Shown: in pieces, positions 1 through 10,936 of the stretch
Numbering within the stretch: the stretch's first letter is position 1
Layout of the letters: each line of letters starts with the position of its first letter
Source of the DNA: Geosiphon pyriformis uo1
Taxonomy: Eukaryota; Fungi; Glomeromycota
Assembly: GCA_016748015.1 (NCBI GenBank)
Contig: JAAOMT010000466.1
Location: 4,309 to 25,120 of the forward strand
Direction: 5' to 3'
DNA length: 20,812 nt
Notes under the pieces: model-generated
Told to the model about the DNA's origin: nothing
Database searches by the model: none
The model's input: the letters and a program-made list of their open reading frames with translations, nothing else
Translations under genes and position numbers: made by a program

Positions 1-183
1 TTCATAAATAATCTTAAATGCTGGTAAATAAAAAACCTTTGCTATAAAACTAAGTAATTCATCAAGTAACGACATTATTCACGAAAGTAAAAATTCTACA
101 AATCTTTAAAATGTTCAAATTTATATGAAATTGGCGAATGCAGGATTGTTACATTCAATTAAATCATGTCGATATTTATTATT

Positions 184-1088
184 AGGAAGTAAATAAAAGC
201 ATAGTTGTTTTTTTACTATTGAATACAAGATATCGCTTTTATATGCAAATATTATTACTTAAGGTTAATAATATTTTTCTAATTACAATGAGATCCCTGT
301 TTTGACGTATTTATTAGAAAATTGCTAAAGGGAAAGGAAACTAGCCAAAGTTCAAGTAATTTCATTGTGTGAAAATCCAATATATTTGAGATGGACACCA
401 TATAAATATAACTAAAGATTTTGAATTTTTCAGTATTTAATATTCCAGAAATAATCTTTTCAGGGTCTAATACTTAAAGGTTCAATTTTTTCTCAAGGCT
501 AATTTGTTATAAAAAATAATGAGATTTAAGGAAACAAAACTTCATTCATTTATAAAGAAATCTAGTCTATCAAATCCATCTAATTAAGTGTGTTAGGAGA
601 TTTTGATTCTAAATATTCAAATATTGCATATCCAAAAATTTTTTGAGGGACAATTTAGCAAAAGGTATTGAAAGAAATTATAGAATACAGATCTCAGTGC
701 GTCTTTGGAAAAGAATGGTCAAAAATTTGTGACACGATTTCTTAATTCTTTTAACGGCCTACACGACAATTGTCACCTTAAATCGAAAATGGGAATTATC
801 CCTATTAGCCTACAATTTAGGAGAAGCACACCGATTTATCTATAAAAAGAATTTTTTTTTGTAATACTAGCATTTATTATACTATTCAATGAAATAGTAG
901 TTTTAGTGACCAATTGCCAAATTAAATTTTTGTCAAGACAGGTTTATTTATAAAAAATCTTTGATCTAGGGCTTTATTTTTTGAATTTTTTTTTCATTCA
1001 TATTTAGATATTGCTTAAAGGGTAAAATTTTTTTCCATCAATGTATAAAATTGCCTCTATAAATTTGAAAATAAATTTAAGTAATGAC
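184..1088 (+). repeat. Direct duplication, copy 1 (second copy at 1139-2399)
   Basis: AGGAAGTAAATAAAAGCATAG starts at both 184 and 1139, and both copies end ...AAATTTAAGTAATGAC (1088 and 2399). They are colinear with scattered SNPs. Copy 1 lacks about 335 bp (1372-1707 of copy 2) and about 20 bp (TGATGCTGTGGTTGAACAA). Confidence 0.95.
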
Positions 1089-1138
1089 NNNNNNNNNNNN
1101 NNNNNNNNNNNNNNNNNNNNNNNNNNNNNNNNNNNNNN

Positions 1139-1692
1139 AGGAAGTAAATAAAAGCATAGTTGTTTTTTTTACTATTGAATACAAGATATCGCTTTTATAT
1201 GCAAATATTATTACTTAAGGTTAATAATATTTTTCTAATCACAATGAGATCCCTGTTTTGGGATATTTACTAGAAAACTGCTATAGGGAAAGGAAACTAG
1301 CCAAAGTTCAAGTAATTTCATTGTGTGAAAATCCAATATATTTGAGATGGACACCATATAAATATAACTAAATAAAACTAAATCTTATAATTTATGATCA
1401 TAAGATATATATTGTAGTCTTTTAATAAATACTTCTTTTTTTAAGTTTATAATTTTTATTGAAAAAAAACAATACTTATCGCTTAACACTAATATTATTT
1501 TAAACTCTCAATTTATTTTTTTCATTTCTAGCTAAGATATTGGTTACTTTTAAAAAGATGAATTCATAATTTTTACTTATTAACCATTAATAAAATAAAA
1601 GATTAAACCATTATATAAATAAAACAAGTCTTTTATATTTTGATTTATCATTTATTCAAATATGTTATGAAAACTCAAATTTGATTGAGACT
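1139..1692 (+). repeat. Left arm of a long imperfect inverted repeat (outer continuation visible at ~30-183)
   Basis: Reverse-complement matches to 2683-3330. TTCATTTCTAGCTAAGATATTGGTTACTTTTA (~1521-1552) pairs with TAAAAAGTAACCAATATCTTAGCAAGAAATGAA (~2781-2813). CAAGTAATTTCATTGTGTGAAAATCC (~1309-1334) pairs with GGATTTTCACACAATGAAATTACTTG (~3057-3082). AAATAAAACAAGT (~1617) pairs with ACTTGTTTTATTT (~2747). Confidence 0.88.
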
Positions 1693-2399
1693 TGGTTTTT
1701 GCAATTAAGATTTTGAATTTTTCAGTATTTAATATTCCAGAAATAATCTTTTCAGGATCTAATACTTGAAGGTTCAATTTTTTCTCAAGGCTAATTTGTT
1801 ATAAACAATAATGGGATTTAAGGAAACAAAACTTCATTCATTTATAAAGAAATCTAGTCTATCAAATCCATCTAATTAAGTGTGTTAGGAGGAGATTTTG
1901 ATTCTTGATGCTGTGGTTGAACAATAAATATTCAAATATTGCATATCCAAAAATTTTTTGAGGGACAATTTAGCAAAAGGTATTGAAAGGAATTATAGAA
2001 TACAGATCTCAGTGCGTCTTTGGGAAAGAATGGTCAAAAGTTTGTGACACGATTTCTTAATTCTTTTAACAGCCTACACGATAATTGTCACCTTAAATCG
2101 AAAATGGGAATTATCCTTATTAGCCTACAATTTAGGAGAAGTACAACGATTTATCTATAAAAAGATTTTTTTTGTAATACTAGCATTTATTATACTATTC
2201 AATGAAATTGTAGTATTAGTGACCAATTGCCAAATTAAATTTTGTCAAGAGAGGTTTATTTATAAAAAATCTTTGATCTAGGGCTTTATTTTTTGAATTT
2301 TTTTTCATTCATATTTAGATATTGCTTAAAGGGTAAAATCTTTTTCCATCAATGTATAAAATTGCCTCTATAAATTTGAAAATAAATTTAAGTAATGAC
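1139..2399 (+). repeat. Direct duplication, copy 2 (longer version)
   Basis: Starts immediately after the 50-N gap and matches 184-1088 with two extra segments. Confidence 0.95.
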
Positions 2400-2656
2400 A
2401 ATTGTATCAGAAACTATAATATATAGCAACGGTAACTTTAACAGTAACAAAAACACAATGGTAACTCGAACGATAATGAAAACTGGACTAACGGAAACTT
2501 CATAATTAGTAGCAGAAATAACTGATGACCGCAACGGTAATAGAAAACAGTAACTACAACACCATCTATAATAAAAACGCAAAAGGAAACACTATAATTG
2601 GTAACAGAAATGGTAACCAAAACAATAGTGTTCCCAATAGTAACCGCAATGGGTAA
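2157..2656 (+). pseudogene. Decayed gene for a small secreted Asn/Gly-repeat (NGNxNG-like) protein
   Basis: Signal-peptide-like KKIFFVILAFIILFNEIVVL with ATA where ATG would be expected. After a frameshift it reads PIAKLNFVKR (dibasic KR). Two candidate GT-AG introns at 2254-2318 and 2333-2392. Then frameshifted repeats GNDN, SNGNFNSNKN, NGNSNDNEN, NGNR, IIGNRNGNQNNSVPNSNRNG*. Confidence 0.55.
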
Positions 2657-2682
2657 ATAAACATGATATTCGTCACACGGTA

Positions 2683-3330
2683 TAAGTTAACTCAAATTTT
2701 GAATTCTGCAAACACGTTTCAATAGATAGAAAGTTAAAATGTAAAAACTTGTTTTATTTTGATACAATAGTTTAATCAATTAAAAAGTAACCAATATCTT
2801 AGCAAGAAATGAAAATAATAATTGAAATTTTAAAAGAAATCAAAATGACATTAGTGTAAAGAGATAAAGATTATATTTCTGAACACCGTTTCAAGTTTTC
2901 TTTTCGATAAAAATTTTAAACTTAAAATAAGTATTATTAATAAAAGAATAAATAAAATTATAAGTTACTTATAAATAACATCTTATGATAAGATTTAGCT
3001 TTATATCTCATAATTTAGTTATATTTAAATTTTAATATTGAAAATTCAAATATATCGGATTTTCACACAATGAAATTACTTGCATATAAAGGCGATATCT
3101 TATATGTAATAGTAAAAAAATAACTATGGTTTTATTTACTTCCTAAAAATAAGAATTTTTAATTAATAATAATATTATGATATCGAAATGGTTCAACTGA
3201 GTGTAACCTTACCTGACAATCATTCATTCGTCTCAATTTCATTTAAGTTTAAAATTTTGTAAAAATTTATTTTTCCAAATATAGCGGTGTTGCAAATTTG
3301 CTCGATTAATTCCTTATCACAAAGTTTTTG
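2683..3330 (-). repeat. Right arm of the long imperfect inverted repeat
   Basis: Reverse complement of 1139-1692. TTTTATTTACTTCCTAA (~3130-3146) pairs with TTAGGAAGTAAATAAAA (182). The stretch 3181-3330 resembles the reverse complement of ~30-180 more weakly. Confidence 0.85.
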
Positions 3331-4924
3331 ATTGATTGATTGANNNNNNNNNNNNNNNNNNNNCTTGAGCATCTTCTTTAATAATATCAAGAATGCTTTT
3401 GGTGCTTTTAATAAAGTCTTTATAGTTAAGATAAAGGTATTAACTGATTTTTATGAATTTGATTCTGGATAATATTTTAGCAGAATGATTCTAGTTTAAT
3501 CTTAGCTTTAAGAATTGTTGGTTTCTTAACCATGTAATCAAACGTAGAATCTGGTTCTATTTAAAAATGATTCAAAATTATTATATAGAACAAAAAAATA
3601 ATTGTAACATAATATAAAATAATTATTATGTGATATAAAATAATCATAATAAAATGCAAACCTAACTTCTTTTTTTTACAATATAATATTAAATTATTAA
3701 ATTAATTATTATAAATTCAGTCTTAAATTAGTTCTACTTTTAGATTTCAGATCAGTTTTATAAACTAAGTTTTTAAGTCTTAGTTTAATTCAATTTAATT
3801 CTGTTTAGAATTAGTAGTTTTTAAACTGAATTGAATTAGATAAACCAATTAATATTTACAACTTAAAATTTACTGGTTTTTAACAATATGTTGTTGTATA
3901 TTTTGAATTTTTTAAAGCTTTTAATGTTACTATAAGTATTAAAGTGTTAATTATCTGGTTGTGAATTACTAAGCTGTTTTTTCTGATCTGTTTAAAATTA
4001 TATATAAGCTTTTTATTATATTTAAAATTTATTAATTTGATGTCTTATCTTAAAACTGCTGTTTTCTTGTATTGCATATCTCTTTTGTTTTTATTATTAT
4101 TCTTGATTTTAAATTGGTTTTTTGAAAACAAAAATAAAAAATTATTTACTTTATAAAATTAATAATAAAGTTTATTGATTTTTTAATTATTTTAATTAAT
4201 TTTTCTTTGATAGTTGAAAAAATTCTGTTGTAAATTTTTTTTTTATTGGAAAGTTGAATTAAAAATCTTAGCAAAATAGCTATTAATTTATATATAAATT
4301 TCTTTTTTCAAGTTTGAAAAAAAGTTTAATAATGTTTTATTATATAATAATAATGGTATAATTGTAAAATCAAAAATTAGTTTCTTTAAAACTATTAAAA
4401 ATCAAAAATTAGAGCTACTAAAGCTTAAATAAGTAAGTTTATCATAAAAACCAATTATTTGAACAGTTTTATAAATAGAATAAAAGCTAATTTATGTTTA
4501 ATACATAATAATTAATTTTTATAAATATTGGTGATAGTTGGATTAAACTTGTAAAATCTATTAGATTGTTTTTGTGATAAACAATAAAAAAAATATTAAT
4601 TATTGGTATTGCATATTTTAACAATTTATTTTTAAAACTAATTATTAAATCAATTGTTAGTTTAATTATTACCAAATTATTAATCTAATTATTAACTTTT
4701 TTTGAAAGCTGTAAAAATATTAATAAAATCAGCAAATTTTCAAATAATTATTTTTATTTTATTTCGAAACTTTAATTTGTTATAATTTATTAATTATTAA
4801 CAATTTTAATTTAAAAAATTAGTTAAAATTGTATGTACAAAACAAAATATCTGTTTTATTGTTATTATTATTTAATTAAATTATCTATTTACTTAATTTG
4901 CATCAACTTTATTTATTATGGAGA

Positions 4925-5570
4925 CATGCATGGCAACAAAATGTTATTTTACTGATTGGTCTCATAAATTAAGGATATGATTCATTGTGATCTACATCTT
5001 ATAACAGTAGAAATCTCGGATTGTGCCACCCTACAAACAATCGAAGAAAAAGATATTTGGAGTGATTTCACAGATTCCACCAGAAGTTTTCTAAGGAGAA
5101 AAGTTTACAATAACTGACGATATTTATGGTTTTTCCATGTTATTATGTGAATTTGCAACAGAAAACCCTCCTTTTCATAAATGTTTTCATAAATCACCTT
5201 CTTGTACATGAAATTTTCAAGGGTCTTAGACCTATTATTACTTTGTCAAGTTTTGGGATGTTAATCCGTTAAATCATCCTACTGCAAATGAAGTTTTCTC
5301 GAAGTTGAGGGAGCTTGAAAGAATGTGTTTTCAGTACTTAAATAAGTAGGCTAAATGTGAATTGCCAATAATACAAGATTTTACTGATGACGAGTCTAAA
5401 AAAAAGTGGCCTGAAATAGTAAAGTTTTTAAGATTAGATAAAAACATAGAAGAAATGTTAAAGATGACTCGATAACAAATTATTTAACAAAAATAACGAC
5501 CACAACCATTCATCCAGAAGCAGTTTATACAAATGGTGTTTTAAGTTTGCAAATAATCAAAGAAACAAAA
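4925..5570 (+). pseudogene. Protein kinase pseudogene (TKL-like type expanded in Glomeromycota), catalytic loop and C-lobe
   Basis: MIHCDLH at 4977 (catalytic loop), LGLCHP (DLGL-like), IFGVISQIPPEVF*GEKFTITDDIYGFSMLLCEFATENPPFH (subdomains VIII-IX), GLRP, WDVNPLNHPTANEV (subdomain XI), and the tail IHPEAVYTNGVL. Contains stops, frameshifts and internal deletions. Confidence 0.92.
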
Positions 5571-6942
5571 GGTTAATTTATTTAAATTGGAAAAGTTTTT
5601 TATATTTTTTTAATTCTTGGATTTAATTATTACACAGTATATTAAAAATTTTCATTAATTTACTTTTTAAAAAAATCAGTCTATTTACCTAAAGGGAAGA
5701 AATTATTATAAACAACATTTAGAATAATATTTTTATATCTTTATAATTTGATGATTATTAATAAATTTAATCATGATGGTCACTTTAATTTTCTGATCAT
5801 GAATAATAATTATTTTTAACTTAATAATAAATTTATTTGTTATTTTGATTAATTGATCTTTTCATAAGAATAAAATTTAGATAATTTTAATCTTGAATTA
5901 CATGTGTTACAATGTTTATTAAATATGTTATAATATATTTTTACACATTTGTCAATTTAATAAAAAAAGTATTTTTTCTTTAACTTTAGGCCTAAAAGAA
6001 ATTATAATTATAATTATAATTGATCATTAAGTTTAAATTCTTCTAAAATAAATTTTATTTTTAAGCTTTAAAATTTTAATTATTTATTACATCTAAAAAG
6101 TGAATTGTATTCATAAAAATATTTAAAATTTAAAAAATATGAATAAAATTATTTTCAAAGGGTCATAATTTTTGTTAATTCAAAATTCTGGTATTTAATA
6201 TCAATTTGATTATATTTTAAATGATTTAATATTTATTCTGAAACTTTGATTTATTAAATAATTGTAAAATCATATATGAAACGACACCAAATAATTTTTT
6301 TCTTTTTTGTTGTTATTACAGTTTTTATTTCTCAATTTTGATATTAATTTTAGTATTGTTGTTTTTAAGTTTACCTTTGTTTAATTATTTATAAATTAAT
6401 ATAATTCAAAATTTTTAATATTTACATTAAAGTTTCACTTCAAATGCTCAAGTTTTAACAAACTCATTTGTTTATAATTTATATTATATATATAAAATAA
6501 CTATTAGATCAAATTAGATTTATGAAAAAAGTAATAAAAAATCGAATATTAAATAATAAAATTAAATAAAAATGTGTTAAATTAATTTTAAAAATTAAAA
6601 TAATTTTACGTGGTTTCTAATATTTATTTATTTATTTATGTATTTATTTAACGAGTGAGTGGTTTTTAATTTCAAATTTTAATTAATAATATTATATAAA
6701 AATTATATTGAAACTAAATGAAATTTAACATTAAAAAAATATTTATGTGAATAATTTATTGATTAAACTATTATTATATATTTTTGTTCAATTATTAAAT
6801 ATATATATTTATAAGTTGATAAAAAATTAAATTAATATAATTTATAGTATATTTTTTTAAGAAACAATCTAGAATTTAATTTATGTTTAAGAGTAATATA
6901 TTTTTTTTTGAGTATCACTACTACTATAACAAAAAAGTATTT

Positions 6943-7007
6943 ATTTATTATTATTATTATTAAGAATTTTTTTTATTTAATTATTATTATTATTATTATT
7001 ATTATTA
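6943..7007. repeat. (TTA)n microsatellite tracts
   Basis: Two interrupted TTATTATTA runs. Confidence 0.8.
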
Positions 7008-7504
7008 GTTATATGTTAAAAATACTTAATTTATCAATATTCTTTTTGAAATTATTTTAATTTTTTTCATGTTAATTTTTTTTTTTTTAAAAAAATATTT
7101 AATAAAACTTACAAATTTGAATTTTTAATTTTAAAAATTTAATTTTCTTAAAATTATTTATTTATTTATTTTAAAAAAAAATCAAAAAAATCAAATTTAA
7201 AATCATTTTATTTTGATAATTACAAAATTAGATATTCTAATCATATTTAATCTTATATATGTTTATTTTAATAATTTAGGTTTAAAATCAATTTTTTTTT
7301 TAATATTTAAAAAATAAATTTACTTATAAAGTTATATAATTATACAATATAATAGTACAATAAAATTTATTTATTTTAATTAAATTTATTTTAAATTAAA
7401 ATTTTAATTTCAGCTTTCGAAACTAACAATTATATAAATTTACAATAATTAACAAACAGATTAAAATAAAAAAGAGCAATCAGCTATAAAAATCAAATAT
7501 TTTA

Positions 7505-7529
7505 AATAATAATAATAATAATAATAATA
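7505..7529. repeat. (AAT)n microsatellite
   Basis: Run of about 8 AAT units. Confidence 0.85.
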
Positions 7530-7841
7530 AAATTATTTATTCGATTTATTGATTGTAAAGAATCAAATAATGTTTTCTTCATATAATTTAATAAATGTAC
7601 ATATAAATTCCTTTTTTTTTTTTTTTTTTACAAATAAAGTACATTAATTAAATGGAATTGTATAAGAAATAAAGAATAAAATTTAAATCAGAATATTATT
7701 TTATTTTATTTTATCTATTATTGTAATTTATACTTTGTTGTTAAAGGCGTTTAACTGTGAACAAAAGTTCACGAGTTAAGAATAAATAATTATCTTGTAA
7801 TTAATCTATGATGCTTTTATCATTAAATTTAAAATTTAAGT

Positions 7842-8567
7842 TTACGAATTATTGCATAATCGATGAAAATCCACTAGAGTAAATCCGTCTCGACTGCCTT
7901 GAAGTAATAACTTAAAATCATTTCCAAGTTGACCTTCAAAAGGAATATTTTTGTCTTTCCCTTGAATCCAATGATCAAGCTGTCTTATATTATACGATCG
8001 AAGAAGTTTTGAATCGATAATTGATTGAGAACAATGTAATGGTTGAACGTCTACAGACTTTTGATGACTACCCGGTACGAGGTAGTGATGTAAAAGATCT
8101 TCATATAAATTTCCAGGTAAGATTCTCGCAAATGGCTTTACTTTGTGATAAAAGTCGACTGAAGATATGTTAAAGAAGCAGATTAAAGGTTGAAGCCTTT
8201 CGATGGTTCCTTAAAGGCGTTAAAGTTTTCATCTGTCCAGTAAAGAACATTTTTCGTTTGAATATTGCTATCCAATTTAGCAACTCCCCATTTTACAATC
8301 TTTTCCCATATTTCAGATTCTTTTATATTTATTTTATCCTGGGTTAAAATTGAGACAAGAGCATTTTCACTAAGGGATGTGAAATCTTGCGAGTTGAAAA
8401 CTATAGCTGGATTGTTAGCAGCTATGTCGGTGCAGAATTTTTGCAACTTTTTGAAAGAATCATGCATAAATGAAGTTTTCTGCAAAGTGGCAAAATTTTC
8501 TTCTAGCTCTTTTGCACGGTGTTCAATCAAATAGTCTTCAAGATGATCAATAATGTTTTCTAGAATA
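7842..8567 (-). pseudogene. BTB-BACK-TLDc family paralog A: BACK domain plus start of TLDc, truncated at both ends
   Basis: ILENIIDHLEDYLIEH...FKKLQKFC...FNSQDFTSLSENALVSIL...ESEIWEKIVKWG (BACK). Frameshift near 8190, then LICFFNISSVDFYHKVKPF...LYEDLLHHYL...IDSKLL...FKLLLQGSRDGF...FHRLCNNS* (TLDc N-terminus). The region is highly similar to 16669-16910. Confidence 0.92.
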
Positions 8568-8907
8568 AATAATTTTTTTTATTTCTCTATAGAATCTAAT
8601 TTGAAATGAACAATGCTTATATGCTATAGATTTTCCTTAAAGTAATTAAAGTATAATTTAAAATTTTTGCAAACTAAAAAGAGTCTTTCAATAATATAAT
8701 TTCAATTTTTCAACTTCTAATGATCTTAACCATTAAAAAATATTATAACCTTCATTAAAATATGTTCAACCCTGATTTAAATTTCATATTACTTCTTTAA
8801 CTTGTACTTGGAAATGAGTGAGTGTGTTTATATTATTAGATTAAATTTGAAATCTAGGCGAAAGTCATAAAATTTGTTGACTGTATACTAATATAAAAAA
8901 TATTCTA

Positions 8908-8945
8908 TAAAATAATATTCCTCAAAAATAATATTCCTCAAAAAT
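8908..8945 (+). repeat. 16-bp tandem duplication (AAAATAATATTCCTCA x2)
   Basis: Directly visible in the sequence. Confidence 0.8.
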
Positions 8946-10354
8946 CATTAAGAAACCAATTTATTAGATTTTTATTAGAGTTTTTATAAAAAATAGTATA
9001 TTTCATTAATAGTTCTAATATGTTTGTATCTAGCTTATTATTTTTTGGAATACTTTGTCTTATCTATAATACAATTCTTCTTTTTATGGCGTTCAAATCT
9101 TCTTTTTCACTAAAACATTTTCAACTTCATATTCATCATAATCGCAACATCTTTTTGAAAAATTACGATTTAATCTTTAAATAAATTTTACGGCAAAGAT
9201 ATCTAAGAAAAATAGTTAATTTAGGAATGAAAAATTTTTTAAAAACCTTCAAAATACAATATGATTGATAGAAATATAATTTATTTTCAATATGATATGT
9301 CATTAATTGTTTTAATACTTCTTTTATTTTTAATCGTCTAGACTAAAATTTATGATATGAATAATATATTTAATTTCTTTTAATAAATTTATAATGGTAA
9401 AAACATTTGGTCTTTTAAATTTTAGTCTGATAAATGGGAAAATTAAGAAAAAAGGAATGAAACTCGAAAATTTGGAAAAATAAATAATTCTTTTTCATGA
9501 AGATTTTATGCTTTGTTAAGTAATTCTATTTTTTTTAAAATATCATTTATATAAAAAAGTTTTATTACTTTTGATTATAGTATTTTAATAAAATATATTT
9601 TAAGATATAAATTATGCATTATAAAATAAAAACTAGTAAATAAAATTATTTTTGCTTTTTAATATATATAGTTGAATATATATTTGAAAAGATATTTAAA
9701 ATATTCAAATAGATTCTAAGATGTAATATAAAAAAATACTCATATTTTTTTAATTAGGTTTTCACTAAATCTCATTAAGAGCCTTCACTCTACGTTTTTA
9801 AAAAAAAATTTTTGTTGAAATAACATCTTTCTTTTCGGTGCAAAAAGATTATTAACTTAGCAAATAAGTTCAAAAAGCGTGAGGTTTTGAGATTTAAATC
9901 TTACATTAATATTATTATATTTCATATACTTTTTCTACAAAAAAAAAAAACTATCGTTTAGCATATCAGTGCACTCATTCAAATTTTTCTTAAGAAAATG
10001 AGCTTAATTCTCACTCAACTTGATGGCATCAATTTCAGCTTACCTCAATGTTTTTATCAATACAATTTAAATAATATTAAATAAAAGATTAGACACAATG
10101 TAAAAATATTTTCGTCAACCCTAAACCCTTTCTGACTATAAAAAAATGTTTTGCGACATATTATTTTTGAAACTTGGTTTGTTCCCTAGATAATTACAAA
10201 TTAACCGAACATTACTCAATAAAACTAACATAATAATAGTTTATTTTAAATCTTTAATAGATAGAATATTTCTTAAAAAATGGAAATAAAATTAATATTT
10301 TATGGTGGGTATTAGTTAAATCAGAATTCAGATTGAAATCTCGTTATAAGTAAT

Positions 10355-10366
10355 TGCAGATTAACA
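10355..10366 (+). promoter_or_regulatory. Candidate conserved upstream motif TGCAGATTAACA (paralog B)
   Basis: The identical 12-mer occurs at 16211-16222. The two copies start 126 and 100 bp upstream of the ATGs of two diverged BTB paralogs. Confidence 0.4.
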
Positions 10367-10480
10367 AATAAAAGACTACGCCATAAATTGCGCTACTAGT
10401 GACTCCCTGATATTTCCCAAGGTAATCAAAACAGTGGGAGCTGAATTATAAAAACCAAGAATTTTGCTTTCTAGAGATTC

Positions 10481-10936
10481 ATGGCGCCCCAAAAACTCTT
10501 CCACGATTTATCTTACGACTTCGAGACCTTATTGAATAACGAAATATTCTCTGATGTTAGGATTATCGTTGGCGATGGTCTTAAATACTCATTCGCTGAT
10601 TTTATCAGCAAGATCCTCTTATTTTGCTGTAGCACTCTATAGTAATTGGATTAAGAGAAAATAACATCATTCTATTTTCTGAGCCTAATATTTCACCCCA
10701 AATTTTTGAGGTGATAGTTCGGTAAGTTTAATTTATTTATACATTTGAAAATTGTTTTGTCTAGATACGGAGTGCCTATAATTTTAGAATTGCTTCTTGC
10801 CGTTGATGAGCTTATTTTGGAAAATTTAATAAACCACCTTGAAGACTACCTAATTGAACAACATGCAAATGAGCTAAAAGCAAACTTTGTCACTTTAAGT
10901 GAAAAACTTTATAGCCACGAATCTTTTAAAAAGCTA
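10481..10936 (+). pseudogene. BTB-BACK-TLDc family paralog B: BTB/POZ domain and start of BACK, 3' end deleted
   Basis: MAPQKLFHDLSYDFETLLNNEIFSDVRIIVGDG, frameshift, THSLILSARSSYFAVALYSNWIK, NNIILFSEPNISPQIFEVIVR. GTAAGT donor at ~10722, then ILELLLAVDELILENLINHLEDYLIEQH...HESFKKL. Homology stops at 10936. Confidence 0.92.

Noticed and set aside
1860-2150. Possible Crinkler-like N-terminal remnant on the minus strand (FKVTI, LKEL, IFIVQP)
   Set aside because: The motifs are short, fall in different frames, and lack the LFLAK/LWKV-type core, so the call is not supportable.
2388-2620. Two hydrophobic minus-strand ORFs that resemble membrane peptides
   Set aside because: Antisense shadows of the AAC/GGT-rich Asn/Gly repeat on the plus strand.
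2400-2660. CRISPR-like or regular tandem array
   Set aside because: Repeat units are short, irregular and codon-based, with no constant repeat-spacer structure. The context is eukaryotic.
4487-4675. 62-aa I/N/K-rich ORF
   Set aside because: Composition is what chance ORFs in AT-rich DNA look like, and it has no motif.
8265-8534. Plus-strand 89-aa ORF
   Set aside because: Antisense to the BACK-domain coding sequence.
9040-9210. Minus-strand DYDEYEV resembling a TLDc C-terminus
   Set aside because: Too short, has no supporting TLDc motifs, and lies on the wrong side of paralog A.
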